DNA of 25,540 nucleotides from a virus: IMG/VR virus record IMGVR_UViG_3300001517_000005, positions 1 to 25,540 of that record; one strand, 5' to 3'. Shown piece by piece: positions 1 to 8,980 of this stretch (position 1 is its first letter; each line of letters starts with the position of its first letter). The notes under the pieces were generated by a model. It saw only the letters and a program-made list of their open reading frames with translations, ran no database searches and was not told where the DNA came from. The position numbers and the translations under genes were made by a program.

Positions 1-150
1 GAAGCGTTGGCTCACCTGCGCCGCTATCTTGATAATAATTAACAACAATCTAATTTTCATCTTCTTCATACACGACATTAAAGATGTGTGTATTCAGCCC
101 ATCAAAACTTTTATCTATTTTATCAAAATCAGTGATAACACCTGGTTTGT
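1..150. repeat. Terminal direct repeat, copy A. Identical to 25391..25540; circular-closure overlap or terminal redundancy of a 25,390-bp unit.
   Basis: The first 150 nt (gaagcgttggctcacctgcg...cctggtttgt) recur exactly at the window end. The repeat lies inside a coding frame that stays open across the junction. Confidence 0.95.
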
Positions 151-3100
151 AATAAGATGGTTGATTTTCTTCAACCTCCCATTGTGTATATGGGTCATAT
201 GTTTTATCAATAAAATCACTTGCTCTAAAGTAATACATATTAGTTCTAAAGCGAACATCATTTTGATAATAATTTACATAGCAAAAACCAATTTTATGGT
301 CTGGGTTGTCATCTTCGTATCTATCATCATCAATTATATTAAAACTATTCATACCAGTAGCGTCTTCAAAGAATGTTTTTGTAACTTTATCATATAAACA
401 ATTACTAGGCGCGACCAAGTCGCCAATCTTATCATAAGTCTACACTGGTATCATATCACGAATTAACACATTGTCATAATAGATGCGGCATCCATAAATA
501 CCAATACCCGCTAATCCGTGCTCGTAATTACCTGCATTATTATTAGCAAATAAGTATAACGGTACAGGCATACGCGCATTTTCACTTTGTAATGGATTCG
601 TATAAGTAAATGTTGCATTACTATAACCATCGCGAGCGCTAGCATAAATACCAGAGTTTTCACTCCAACCAACAGCGTTTTCTTCTGTTAAGGTGAGTTG
701 GCTACTATAATAACCAGCCTTTGCTTCATAAGTATTGACGCCTGTTAATTCTCCACTATGATATTGGGTTTGGTTATTAAATCTCATAAAGTAAGACCCT
801 GAACCAGAAGAAGCACCAAATAAATAGCCGTATGCGCCATTCACTTGATGGAGTGGAACATTCTCATCTACTCGCTTACATTCCATAATAACAGTCAGTT
901 TAGACATATCTTGTGCCGTAACGCCTGTATTTATATAAGCGTGGTTCATAGTCCATTCTGGATGGAGACCTTCATAATCGCCCAAATCATTGTGCTATAA
1001 GAATAAGAAGCGATGTGGATAATCTATTCCATCTTCGTCTCCTGGTTCTGCTACTGTATTGTATATAACATCAATACTAGTTAAACCACGAAGAGCTTCA
1101 AAATTAACTGCGCCACGATATTGAACTATGCCGTCATCTGCATAAGAAGGTTTGAAAGCATTAAGATTTAAACCTAAATCAAATAATGTTGTAGTTGTTT
1201 CAAAGTCAATTAACCTATAAGAAATTGAACTACTACCGATCCATTTCTCTTCATTAACTTCATCTACATAATATCTTACTGGCGTAGAATAAGAAGAAGC
1301 CATATACAAGATATTGTATTCACTGCGGATATCATCGTATTGCAGTAATGCACTAGAGCTATATCCATCAATTTGACCTGCTTCATAATACTCTGGCCGA
1401 TAAAGATTTAAATTGATGATATCCCTTAAGCGCACGCCACCAATGCAGTCACTTTCATTGATTGTAATAAGGCTTGTATTAAGCGCCGAAAAGACACTAG
1501 ATAATTCTTGTTTATAATGAAGCAAGACATTTTTAGTGCGCTCTGCCTCAATCTCTTCAAATGTAATTATGATAGGGGAGGCTTGTGTTAAAGCAGAAAG
1601 GCTTACCTCACCATTATAAGACCTACTGGTATCCATCTAGTAACCTTCTGGTTTATATTCACCAATAGGAATAATGTCATTTAAAGTGCAGTCTAAAAAG
1701 AAGTCTAGCGCGTTGATTGTAAAGGTCTATTGATTGGGCTCTTCTTGCCCTTCTGTATAGAAACTAACTACAATCTAGTAATCTATTGGTTTGTAATAGA
1801 TTTGAATTACTCCAGCATTAATTACATTATCATAAGTATCTAATGAGCCAGTATTATAAATCTTTCCTGTCTCATACTCTACTGTATGATATCTATCTAA
1901 ATCAATTCCTAATTGACTTAAAGAAAACTCATTAGCATAACTATTTTTATATTTAGAAGTAATTGTTGTGGTTGCAATGCGCGCCCACCCTGGATAAACA
2001 CCAGCGTAATATTCTACAAAAATACGATTTTCCATACGAGGATACCGCACGGAATAACTTAACTCAATAGTGTCATAACTTACTAAATCAGTAGCATTAT
2101 AATCTACAAGATATCCTTCATTATAATGGATTTGGTTGGGCCGATATGCAGAGATATTGATTATATCTTTTAATGTTATACCATCGTAAAATGATGTTTC
2201 ATTAACATTAACAATAGCAGTTGTAATCTACTGCCAAAGCCCATCATCATCTTCTTGGTAATAACCTACTAAAATATTTTTGCTGCGCGCGTTCTCAATT
2301 TTTTCATACAAAATCTACATTGGGCTTGCGGCTAAAATATCTTCTACAGTTAAATCGCCTTCATATAAGATAACTGATTTATAACCTTCTGGTTTAAATT
2401 GTTGTGGTTTTACCAATTGCCCGATAGACTAAATGTTTTGTAATTGAGGATAAGTAAACTTTATAGTATCAGTAATGATATCATTATACACACCTGTGCC
2501 GTTATCCATCATATACATAACATCTAAACTATATTGAACTGGGACATAATTAATAATTAGTGTACCCAAGTATTGAAGGTTTGCATAGTTTATTTCTAAA
2601 CCATTTATATTAGTGACAACTCCGTGATTGTAGTATTCAGGGAGATATTTATCTACATCAATACCAATGCTAGCTAAACTATCATTATTCCCAGTAAAAC
2701 TAGAAGCACGAATAGTAATACTTTCACTAGATAGTAATTGTGTAGAGTTCTGGTAATATAAAAGGTTAAGTTTGAAAGCATTAGTCAAATTGGCATTAGT
2801 AGTATAGACCTCTCGTGCGCCCTTTGCATAATCACTGTGTAATACATAAGAAACAATAAAATTACCATTCTTTAATCTTTGAGTATCAGCAGCGCCAATT
2901 ACTGTAACCTCAAAGGTTAAGTTAATATCATCAAAGACGATACTGGCTTTTTTAAGTTCTTTGGTAAGACGGCTAATACGATAAAACGCATCTTGTTCGT
3001 TTGAACCTAATACTAAAAAACTTAATCGTATTGTTCTAAACTTTTCCTGTTGGCGGATATTCGTAGGCTAAATATCGCCATCTAACCAGTCATCAACCGT

Positions 3101-3178
3101 ATCAATCATATTGCTACTTAAAATACGGTCATATAACTTTACGCCTAAACTTGAAATATCAATGCCATTTATTAACAT
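1..3178 (-). CDS. Giant tail/baseplate-associated adhesin-like protein, 5' part of one 9,102-nt ORF that continues at 25390. It has a Dit-like N-terminal domain followed by repeat modules.
   Basis: ATG at 3176-3178 overlaps the upstream TGA (TGATG), with GAGGAGG upstream. I checked the frame codon by codon down to position 1 and found no TAA or TGA. There are 10 in-frame TAG, at 3068, 2429, 2315, 2228, 1775, 1727, 1637, 995, 440 and 50. The N-terminus MLINGIDISSLGVKLYDR...IVFDDINLTFEV resembles the N-terminal domain of siphovirus distal tail proteins. After it come repeats of about 85 aa with the motif L.DLGI.L..Y+P.YY.G. Confidence 0.88.
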
Positions 3179-3390
3179 CAATAATTTCCTCCTCGTCGTA
3201 GTATTCCCTAACCGATTTTTTCGGCTAGTTTTTCCGTAAGTTCGTCTTCATTTAATTCATCTTCATCTATCTCTTCTTCCTCTTCTTCAGCTGCGGCGAC
3301 CGCAGAACTTCCGCTATCTTGTTCTGCGTATCTTTCTCGCTCTGCTTCAATAAAGTTCCAAAGAGCAAAATCTTCATCCATTCGCTTCAT
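3178..3390 (-). CDS. Small acidic protein in the tail-assembly-chaperone position
   Basis: Sequence MKRMDEDFALWNFIEAERERYAEQDSG..EEEEEEIDEDELNEDELTEKLAEKIG, then TAG at 3208, then EILRRGGNY. The real stop is TGA 3178-3180, overlapping the giant gene ATG. An alternative start is ATG 3381, better spaced from GAGGAGG. Confidence 0.7.
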
Positions 3391-3688
3391 CCTCCTCTAT
3401 GCCAAGGATAGTAAATGTCCGCTATCTATCTTCTAATTTCCCTATTGAATAGCCCTTATCTTCTACGAACTTAAATAAATCATTTTTATGGGTCCCATTG
3501 GCGCGATTAACAGCCAATAGAATAAGATTAGCTAAATCCTATTGCCTCTGCCGATAACCTTCATAAGCCCATTTTGCTTCATCTTCTGTCATATTATAGA
3601 AGTCAGTAGGCGATATACCAACTTCACCTACTATTGCACTATACCACCTACTAACCTCTAAGGGAGTTAAATCAACTATTCTACTCAT
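3374..3688 (-). CDS. Tail assembly chaperone-like protein (GISPTDFYNMTEDEA motif)
   Basis: ATG at 3686-3688 follows GGAG. There are two in-frame TAG (3539, 3422) and the stop is TGA 3374-3376. The gene sits directly downstream of the tube gene. Its motif resembles the lGlsP.eFW.lTp.E segment of small tail-assembly proteins; this is from memory and not verified. Confidence 0.6.
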
Positions 3689-4055
3689 TTAATTCTCCAA
3701 CACCTAATAATGATAATCTATACTTAAACTATGCATTATATATTGAAGAAAGAGGGAAGTCAGTTATTAAGACCCGACCAAAATAGTTCTTATTTCCAAT
3801 AGTAATAGAAGCAGTAATCTCTTTATTATCCATAAACGCATCTTCTAATGCGGCAAGGCTATCTGCGCTCACCACATATAATCCGCTACAAGTGATGCGC
3901 CAAGTCCGCACCCCAGCGAGGCTTTCGCTCCAATCGCCATTGATACGATTGGTAATGTTAATAGGGGACATAGCGCGATTAAGAGTTGCATTCTATTGCC
4001 CTGCTACTGGTTTATTATCAATCTTTAATACTATATCAATGCCCTTCTGTATCAT
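3672..4055 (-). CDS. Major tail (tube) protein, TP901-1/phi13-like
   Basis: Sequence MIQKGIDIVLKIDNKPVAGQ[TAG]NATLNRAMSPINITNRINGDWSESLAGVRTWRITCSGLYV... matches the hallmark pattern of this family (GQ..tl....id.T.k..g.W.e...G..sw). TAG codons are at about 3993, 3729 and 3681. The first TAA or TGA in frame is TGA 3672-3674. Under the standard code the gene would end at 3729. Confidence 0.78.
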
Positions 4056-4446
4056 CAGTAGCATCCTCCTCTGGGTTTGATGATAATAAGAAATGGTATG
4101 TTAATACGCCGTGCTTCTTAACAATACCTGTTTTATTATCATCTAGTATTTTTAAACTTGCCTATGATATATACATAATCTCTGGATTTTCTTTTCTCAT
4201 AGTTTGTATATTATTGGTAATGTTTTCAACAATATCTAGTATTTCTTTCTCGCCTTTGTATTTACTGAAAATATCAATTGTGATACTGATATTATCAATA
4301 CGAGTATCCCTTGTATCAACTCGCTTATGGTTTGATAATCGCGCCATCAACCAAGGGAAGTTTTCTACATAAGCCCCATTATCTGTAATGTTGTAGCCAA
4401 GACTTCTAACTAGACTACACAATTCAGTTTTTATTTTCTGTACCAT
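4036..4446 (-). CDS. Tail completion / head-tail joining protein (SPP1 gp17-like, DUF3168-like)
   Basis: GGAGG then ATG at 4444-4446. Sequence MVQKIKTELCSLVRSLGYNI...ENFPWLMARLSNHK... One TAG at 4162. Stop is TGA 4036-4038. The gene lies between the gp10-like and tube genes. Confidence 0.65.
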
Positions 4447-4606
4447 ATGGGTCCTCCACAAGAATGTAGTTATTTATATTATCAAAGCGAGTAAGATATA
4501 AATACTTCACATATAAATGCTCGCCATCCTCGCGAGGGACAGCGTAATCATAAACATACCCATCAGGGGCTGTATAGGCTGTCATTCTATTATTTAAAAA
4601 TGCCAT
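4424..4606 (-). CDS. Hypothetical protein (60 aa, no TAG)
   Basis: AAGGAGG RBS then ATG at 4604-4606. Stop is TGA 4424-4426. The ORF is intact in either code. Confidence 0.7.
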   Translation of the reverse strand: MAFLNNRMTAYTAPDGYVYDYAVPREDGEHLYVKYLYLTRFDNINNYILVEDPYGTENKN

Positions 4607-4622
4607 TGTATGACCTCCTTAA

Positions 4623-5216
4623 TTAAGTTATTATTACTTCCACGTTTGTGCCATCAACAATTGTATTTTCATTAAACTTGTGGTCCCCTGGATGTAATGT
4701 CTCCATAATCCCATACAAATTAACTAAAATAGGAAAAGCCAACCATAACATAGCAGCTCCTATCAGCATACCACCCATATCTCCAAGCAAAGTACCATCA
4801 CCAAAAGCCTCTGTGGCGCTATCAATTACTGCTTGGCACATATCTTTTAGTTCTTCTTGGGCTTGACTTAATGCTTCTCCCGCCAAAACCTAAAATGCCT
4901 AGATACCTGCCTAAACCGCAGGGACAAAATACGGTTGCGCGTCCATCTTCCAGGTTCCATATTCAACATATTGAGCGTAATCTGCCAATGCTTCTGCTTC
5001 ACATAAGAAACCATTTGTTGAAGCACTAATTGTACTTTGTAAATAACCTGTATCAACAGGGACTAATGCCATTGCTTCACTTAAAAAAGTAGAAACAAAT
5101 GCTTCACAAGCGGCGAAGTAACTAACATCAACAACTATTTCTTCTCCTAACACTTCCTAGGCAAGAGTTGTTGGATACCCTAAATCTTCAGGAGTAAAAC
5201 TTACATATAAACCCAT
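4623..5216 (-). CDS. HK97 gp10-like tail component with a hydrophobic C-terminal extension
   Basis: GGAG then ATG at 5214-5216. Contains VPVDTGYLQSTI...YAQYVEYGTWKMDAQPYFVPAV, the gp10-family motif (P.dTG.L..si....YA..vE.Gt....a.Pf..pa). Four in-frame TAG at 5157, 4911, 4899 and 4890. Stop is TAA 4623-4625. Confidence 0.82.
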
Positions 5217-5246
5217 TAGTCTAAACTAACTCCTTTATATAATTTT

Positions 5247-5293
5247 CGTCCTATGTTCTACCCTCTGCGCGTTTAAGGCAAAAACATAGGACG
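5247..5293. repeat. Perfect 11-bp inverted repeat (CGTCCTATGTT, 25-nt spacer, AACATAGGACG) in the int-proximal non-coding region. Candidate attP arm, operator or bidirectional stem.
   Basis: Arms at 5247-5257 and 5283-5293, read directly. It lies in the largest non-coding gap (5217-5551), next to the integrase gene. Confidence 0.55.
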
Positions 5294-5479
5294 CTTATAA
5301 CCTCAAAACATAATACGAAAAGTCCAGTAATTCTAGGGGTTTTGGCCCCAAAAAGTCGGTATCTTATCAGCCGTAGGGCGTTAATTGACGGGATAATTTT
5401 GTTCCAAAATCTTCTAGATTTTTTCGTCTTTAAAAGCATTTATACCCCCAATAAATACTGGGTTTTTCGCATCTTTTAC

Positions 5480-5508
5480 TTGACTTTTCCCCTAACATCC
5501 TATATACT
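5480..5508 (+). promoter_or_regulatory. Sigma70/SigA-type promoter for the integrase gene
   Basis: TTGACT (5480-5485), 17-nt spacer, TATACT (5503-5508). AGGAG at 5536-5540 and ATG at 5552 lie downstream. Confidence 0.6.
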
Positions 5509-5551
5509 AAAATCATCCAAAACATAAGACGGATTAGGAGAAAATTGCATT

Positions 5552-6490
5552 ATGAAAAAAATTAAATTAGTTAGTCAAACAGAAGACACAACTCTTGAAA
5601 CACTCTTTGAAGATTATCTTAATAGTTGTGAGATACGTGGCCTATCAGCGCGCACGCTCACCAACTACAAAACCTCCCTTGAATGTCTCTTTGCGTTCCT
5701 GCAAACCAACAACATTATATACCCAAAGGACCTGACAATTCAAGTCCTTGAAAACTATATTAAATATCTCCAAGAGCAAGGTTTGAAGGACAACTCAATC
5801 AACTTTGATATCCGCAATATAAGAGCATTCCTTAAATGGTGCGAAGAACGCGAAATAATGAAACGGGTTAAACTTAAGGAACTCAAAGTAGATATGCCAA
5901 TCAAAGAGACCTATACACAAGAAGAACTTAAAGTCCTTCTACGCAAACCCTCCAAACCTAAATCATTCTTGGACTTCCAAACTTGGGCCGTTGAAAACTT
6001 CCTCTATGCTACTGGTGCGCGCATTGGTGTCTTACCCACAATGCATATAGAGGATATAGACTTTAAGAATAGCACCATCACAATGGTAAGAACTAAAAAC
6101 CGTAAAGGAATGGTTATCCCTTTAAGTAACGCCCTAAAAAAAGTTCTTACAGAGTTTCTTAAAGTCCGTAAAGGCGAACCAACTGATTTTCTCTTTTGCA
6201 ATGCTTACGGTGGGGCCACAACTGTGCGCGCACTGCAAGGACAAATACAAGATTATAACATCGCCCACGGCGTCTCCAAGACATCAGCGCACTTATTCCG
6301 CAGTTCATTCGCCAAGGCTTACATCCTCAATGGAGGGGATGCTTTTAGACTACAAAAACTTCTAGGCCACGCAAATATCACAACCACCCAAATCTATGTA
6401 AATATGTTTGGCACAGACTTACAGAGAGATTTTGATAAGTTCAATCCATTAGATAATCTCTCTGTAAGGAAAGATAAGATAAAAGTTTAA
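5552..6490 (+). CDS. int: Tyrosine recombinase / phage integrase (XerC/D-like)
   Basis: Uninterrupted 312-aa ORF in the standard code, ending in TAA. N-terminal SAM-like domain (LSARTLTNYKTSLECLFAFL). Catalytic signature ATGARIG...HLFRSSFA...LLGHANITTTQIYV (R..HxxR..H..Y). It is the only plus-strand gene and contains no TAG codon. Confidence 0.96.
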   Translation: MKKIKLVSQTEDTTLETLFEDYLNSCEIRGLSARTLTNYKTSLECLFAFLQTNNIIYPKDLTIQVLENYIKYLQEQGLKDNSINFDIRNIRAFLKWCEEREIMKRVKLKELKVDMPIKETYTQEELKVLLRKPSKPKSFLDFQTWAVENFLYATGARIGVLPTMHIEDIDFKNSTITMVRTKNRKGMVIPLSNALKKVLTEFLKVRKGEPTDFLFCNAYGGATTVRALQGQIQDYNIAHGVSKTSAHLFRSSFAKAYILNGGDAFRLQKLLGHANITTTQIYVNMFGTDLQRDFDKFNPLDNLSVRKDKIKV

Positions 6491-6702
6491 TCTGCTTTTA
6501 TATTATCTAGTTCTGTTTCAATCACCTTAACCTCTTTTTCCAATTGGTAAGTGCGCTCAATCACATTATTATGTAAATTAACTTTTTTCTCTAACTACTC
6601 CAGGCGGTAAGCAATTAACGCCTGGTTTTTATTATTAGCCCAATAGGTTCCAATTAACGAACCAACAAAAGTAATCAATGCCACGATAATAGCTTCAGTC
6701 AT
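6487..6702 (-). CDS. Small N-terminal-TM plus coiled-coil protein (BhlA/XhlA-type, holin-like)
   Basis: GAGGGG then ATG at 6700-6702. Sequence MTEAIIVALITFVGSLIGTYW..YRLE[TAG]LEKKVNLHNNVIERTYQLEKEVKVIETELDNIKAD. Stop TAA 6487-6489 overlaps the integrase TAA (6488-6490) convergently. Confidence 0.6.
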
Positions 6703-6721
6703 CCCCTCGCCCCCTCATCAA

Positions 6722-8980
6722 TCAAGGATTTTCTGGATCTGCTATAGGAGTTTCTACTGGTTCTTCTCCTCCTGTACCAGGGTCTGCTGGTTCTTCTGCT
6801 GCTGGTGAAGTAGAAATATAAGAAGCTAAATTAGCTATAGTTTCCCAAGAGTAAGTAGGAGTTCCATCCACCACAGATACTCTCAACACATAATCTCCAT
6901 CGGTCGCTGGGGCGTCAGGAACCTTCGCGGAAATTGCGGTTGCCACATCTGTCTTTTTGGCAAAATTATTTGCTATATGAGATAAAACAGAGCTTAATGG
7001 TTGTGCTACCCCAATACCAAAATAATCACCATAACTAACACTTGTCCTTAAGTTCTCCCAATTATAAGTAGCAGTATCAGCATAAGCAAATATAGAACCA
7101 TTTAAGTTCTAACCTGTAAATGTAGTAGCTGAACCTGGATTAGCATCAGCAGTTAAATAACAAATATCACTATTGTATATATTGTCTACCCCTTGCTAAT
7201 TAGTTACTTGTGGGCCTAATCCAATATAGAAATATAAGTTCTTCGCTAATACACGAGTAGGATAGAAAATTGTCCCATTCGTTCCACGAATAACAAAGAA
7301 ATAGTCAGCAAGTTTATTGTTAAATGCTTCAACAATAAATGCTTTATCTTCAGCACTTAACACAGACCAGCATACTAAACCAGGGGGATTGTTTGCTGGC
7401 ATATTGATAACTCTTACGCTTGAAGCGGTACTACTCCCGCCAGAACTGCCGCTATCAGCAGCCCAAGCATAGGTTGCGCTACCAGAAGCAATAGAAGTTT
7501 TAAGGACATAATCACCATCGGTTGTTGGGTTAGCAGGAATTATAGCGTCTTGCTTGTTTGTGATAGCAGTGTCTAATTGAGAAATTACTTGGTCTAACCT
7601 CTATGCTGAATAATTATTTTTATTATAACTATCAACACATATTATTTTGCTTAAATTATAACCAAAAACATTTCTAGCCACATTTAAACTTTCAAACACA
7701 CCAATGTTATTGTCGCCCAATAATAGAAAACAAGTTGCTTCTCTAAAAGCTGTCAAATTGCTTGTTCCATTATAAGTATAGGTAGTATTACTAATTGGGT
7801 TCGCTATATCACTAGTATAAGTAAATCTTTTTACATAGTATTGAGTTCCCATAGCCTCATTCAATGCCTAAGGGGTAAATCCTTCATAAACATTACTATC
7901 TACAATCCCGCAGTGTTTACTCTTTAATGCTTCGGCTAATGCTTCTACAGTATTTAAACCCATAGGGATACGCTCAAATGAATAATTAGAAACTAACCCA
8001 CTATTAAAGATAGAAAATATAGGTTCATCAAAACCAATACTATTTTCACTATTAGCGACAGCGTTATCAACATAGGTTTGAGTAGCATATCCTGTTAAAT
8101 CAACTGCGGTGCTGCCTATTTTTTCCCAGTTATTATTTACATATAAGTACTCATCATATACATTGCCAGAACTACCATTATTCGGCACCATATAAATTGT
8201 ATTTCCATCTATACTGCTGGAAGGAAGGGTTTGGACCACTGACCTTTTTAAAGCGCCACTTTCAATGCCTTGCGCCACTTGCTCCACATAAGTTTTAGTA
8301 GCATAATTGCCTTCAACATCTTCCTATAATGTATTGATATTACTATAAATATCAGCAAGGTCACTAGACAAAGCATAATCGCCTAAATACTCTGCAATAT
8401 CTTCACTGGTGAAATAATCAACGCCTTTTACTGGAGTAGCACCTGCGGGACCCTGCGGCCCTTGGGGGCCTGTTGCGCCAGTATCACCCTTCGGTCCTTG
8501 AGGGCCAATGTCTCCTGTATCACCTTTAGGGCCTTGTTCGCCTTGAGGACCAACAGGACCAGTAGCACCAGTAGGACCCTGAAGAGAAGCAAGCCATTCT
8601 GTTTCTGTACCCTCAAAGCCATTTTCTACAGCAATCTCATAAGCGCTAGCGCCAGCTACGCCAACACCTTCGCCACTTTCGCCCTTTAATGAAGCCAACC
8701 ACTCTGCTTCAGTGCCCTCAAAACCGTTAGCGACAGCAACTTCATAGGCACTATCACCAGGGTCACCTTTAGGGCCCTTCTCGCCTTGCGCGCCATCTGC
8801 ACCTTTTAAACTATTCAACCAATCTTGTTGAGAACCAATAAAACCATTATCTACTGCTACTAAATATGCGCTTAACCCTGGTTCTCCTTGAGGCCCTTGT
8901 GGGCCAACTTCACCTTTATATGTAGCATTAGACATTGAAACAACTATTTCATTGTCTAAAATCTTTCTTTCTTCATCCAT
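6722..8980 (-). CDS. Collagen-like fibre protein (752 aa)
   Basis: ATG at 8978-8980 overlaps the upstream TAA (TAATG). Contains G-X-Y tracts (GPQGPQGEPG; GPTGATGPVGPQGEQGPKGDTGDIGPQGPKGDTGATGPQGPQGPAG). The motif SAYE.AV.NGF.GTE.EWL.SLKG occurs three times, and P..P.TDGDYVL......G..TY.W occurs twice. Five in-frame TAG at 8324, 7868, 7601, 7196 and 7109. All gaps between the track ORFs were checked and contain no TAA or TGA. Stop is TGA 6722-6724. Confidence 0.88.

Noticed and set aside
29-397. Plus-strand ORFs from the track: 29..397, 3892..4080, 3986..4372, 4648..4866, 8462..8689, 10525..10746, 12888..13088, 12899..13189, 19141..19332, 21518..21739, 22263..22469 and 22932..23150.
   Set aside because: All lie antisense to minus-strand genes that have clear homology. 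Their sequences are low-complexity and rich in I, F, L and S, as expected for shadow frames of AT-rich coding DNA. None has a convincing RBS.
3374-3390. A canonical G/GT -1 frameshift between the two chaperone-position ORFs.
   Set aside because: The downstream ORF is in the +1 frame relative to the upstream ORF. It has its own GAGGAGG and ATG, and there is no slippery sequence in the overlap.
5337-5350. GGGGTTTTGGCCCC and neighbouring short stems (5355-5395), considered as a tRNA-gene fragment marking a tRNA-targeted attP.
   Set aside because: There is no similarity to a T-arm or acceptor 3' end (GGTTCGA.TCC...CCA). The stems are only 4 bp long.
5251-5527. ORFs 5251..5439 (-) and 5342..5527 (+) in the int-proximal gap, considered as a possible repressor or excisionase pair.
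   Set aside because: Neither has an ATG with an RBS. Their composition is hydrophobic and low-complexity. They also overlap the inferred int promoter and the inverted repeats. The region is better explained as regulatory or attP DNA.
8428-8622. Off-frame minus-strand ORFs: 8428..8622, 10098..10391, 4868..5056, 17316..17501 and 24290..24472. Also 6004..6201, which is antisense to int.
   Set aside because: They overlap the verified reading frames of the fibre, capsid, gp10-like, HNH, giant and integrase genes. Their translations show no protein-like features.
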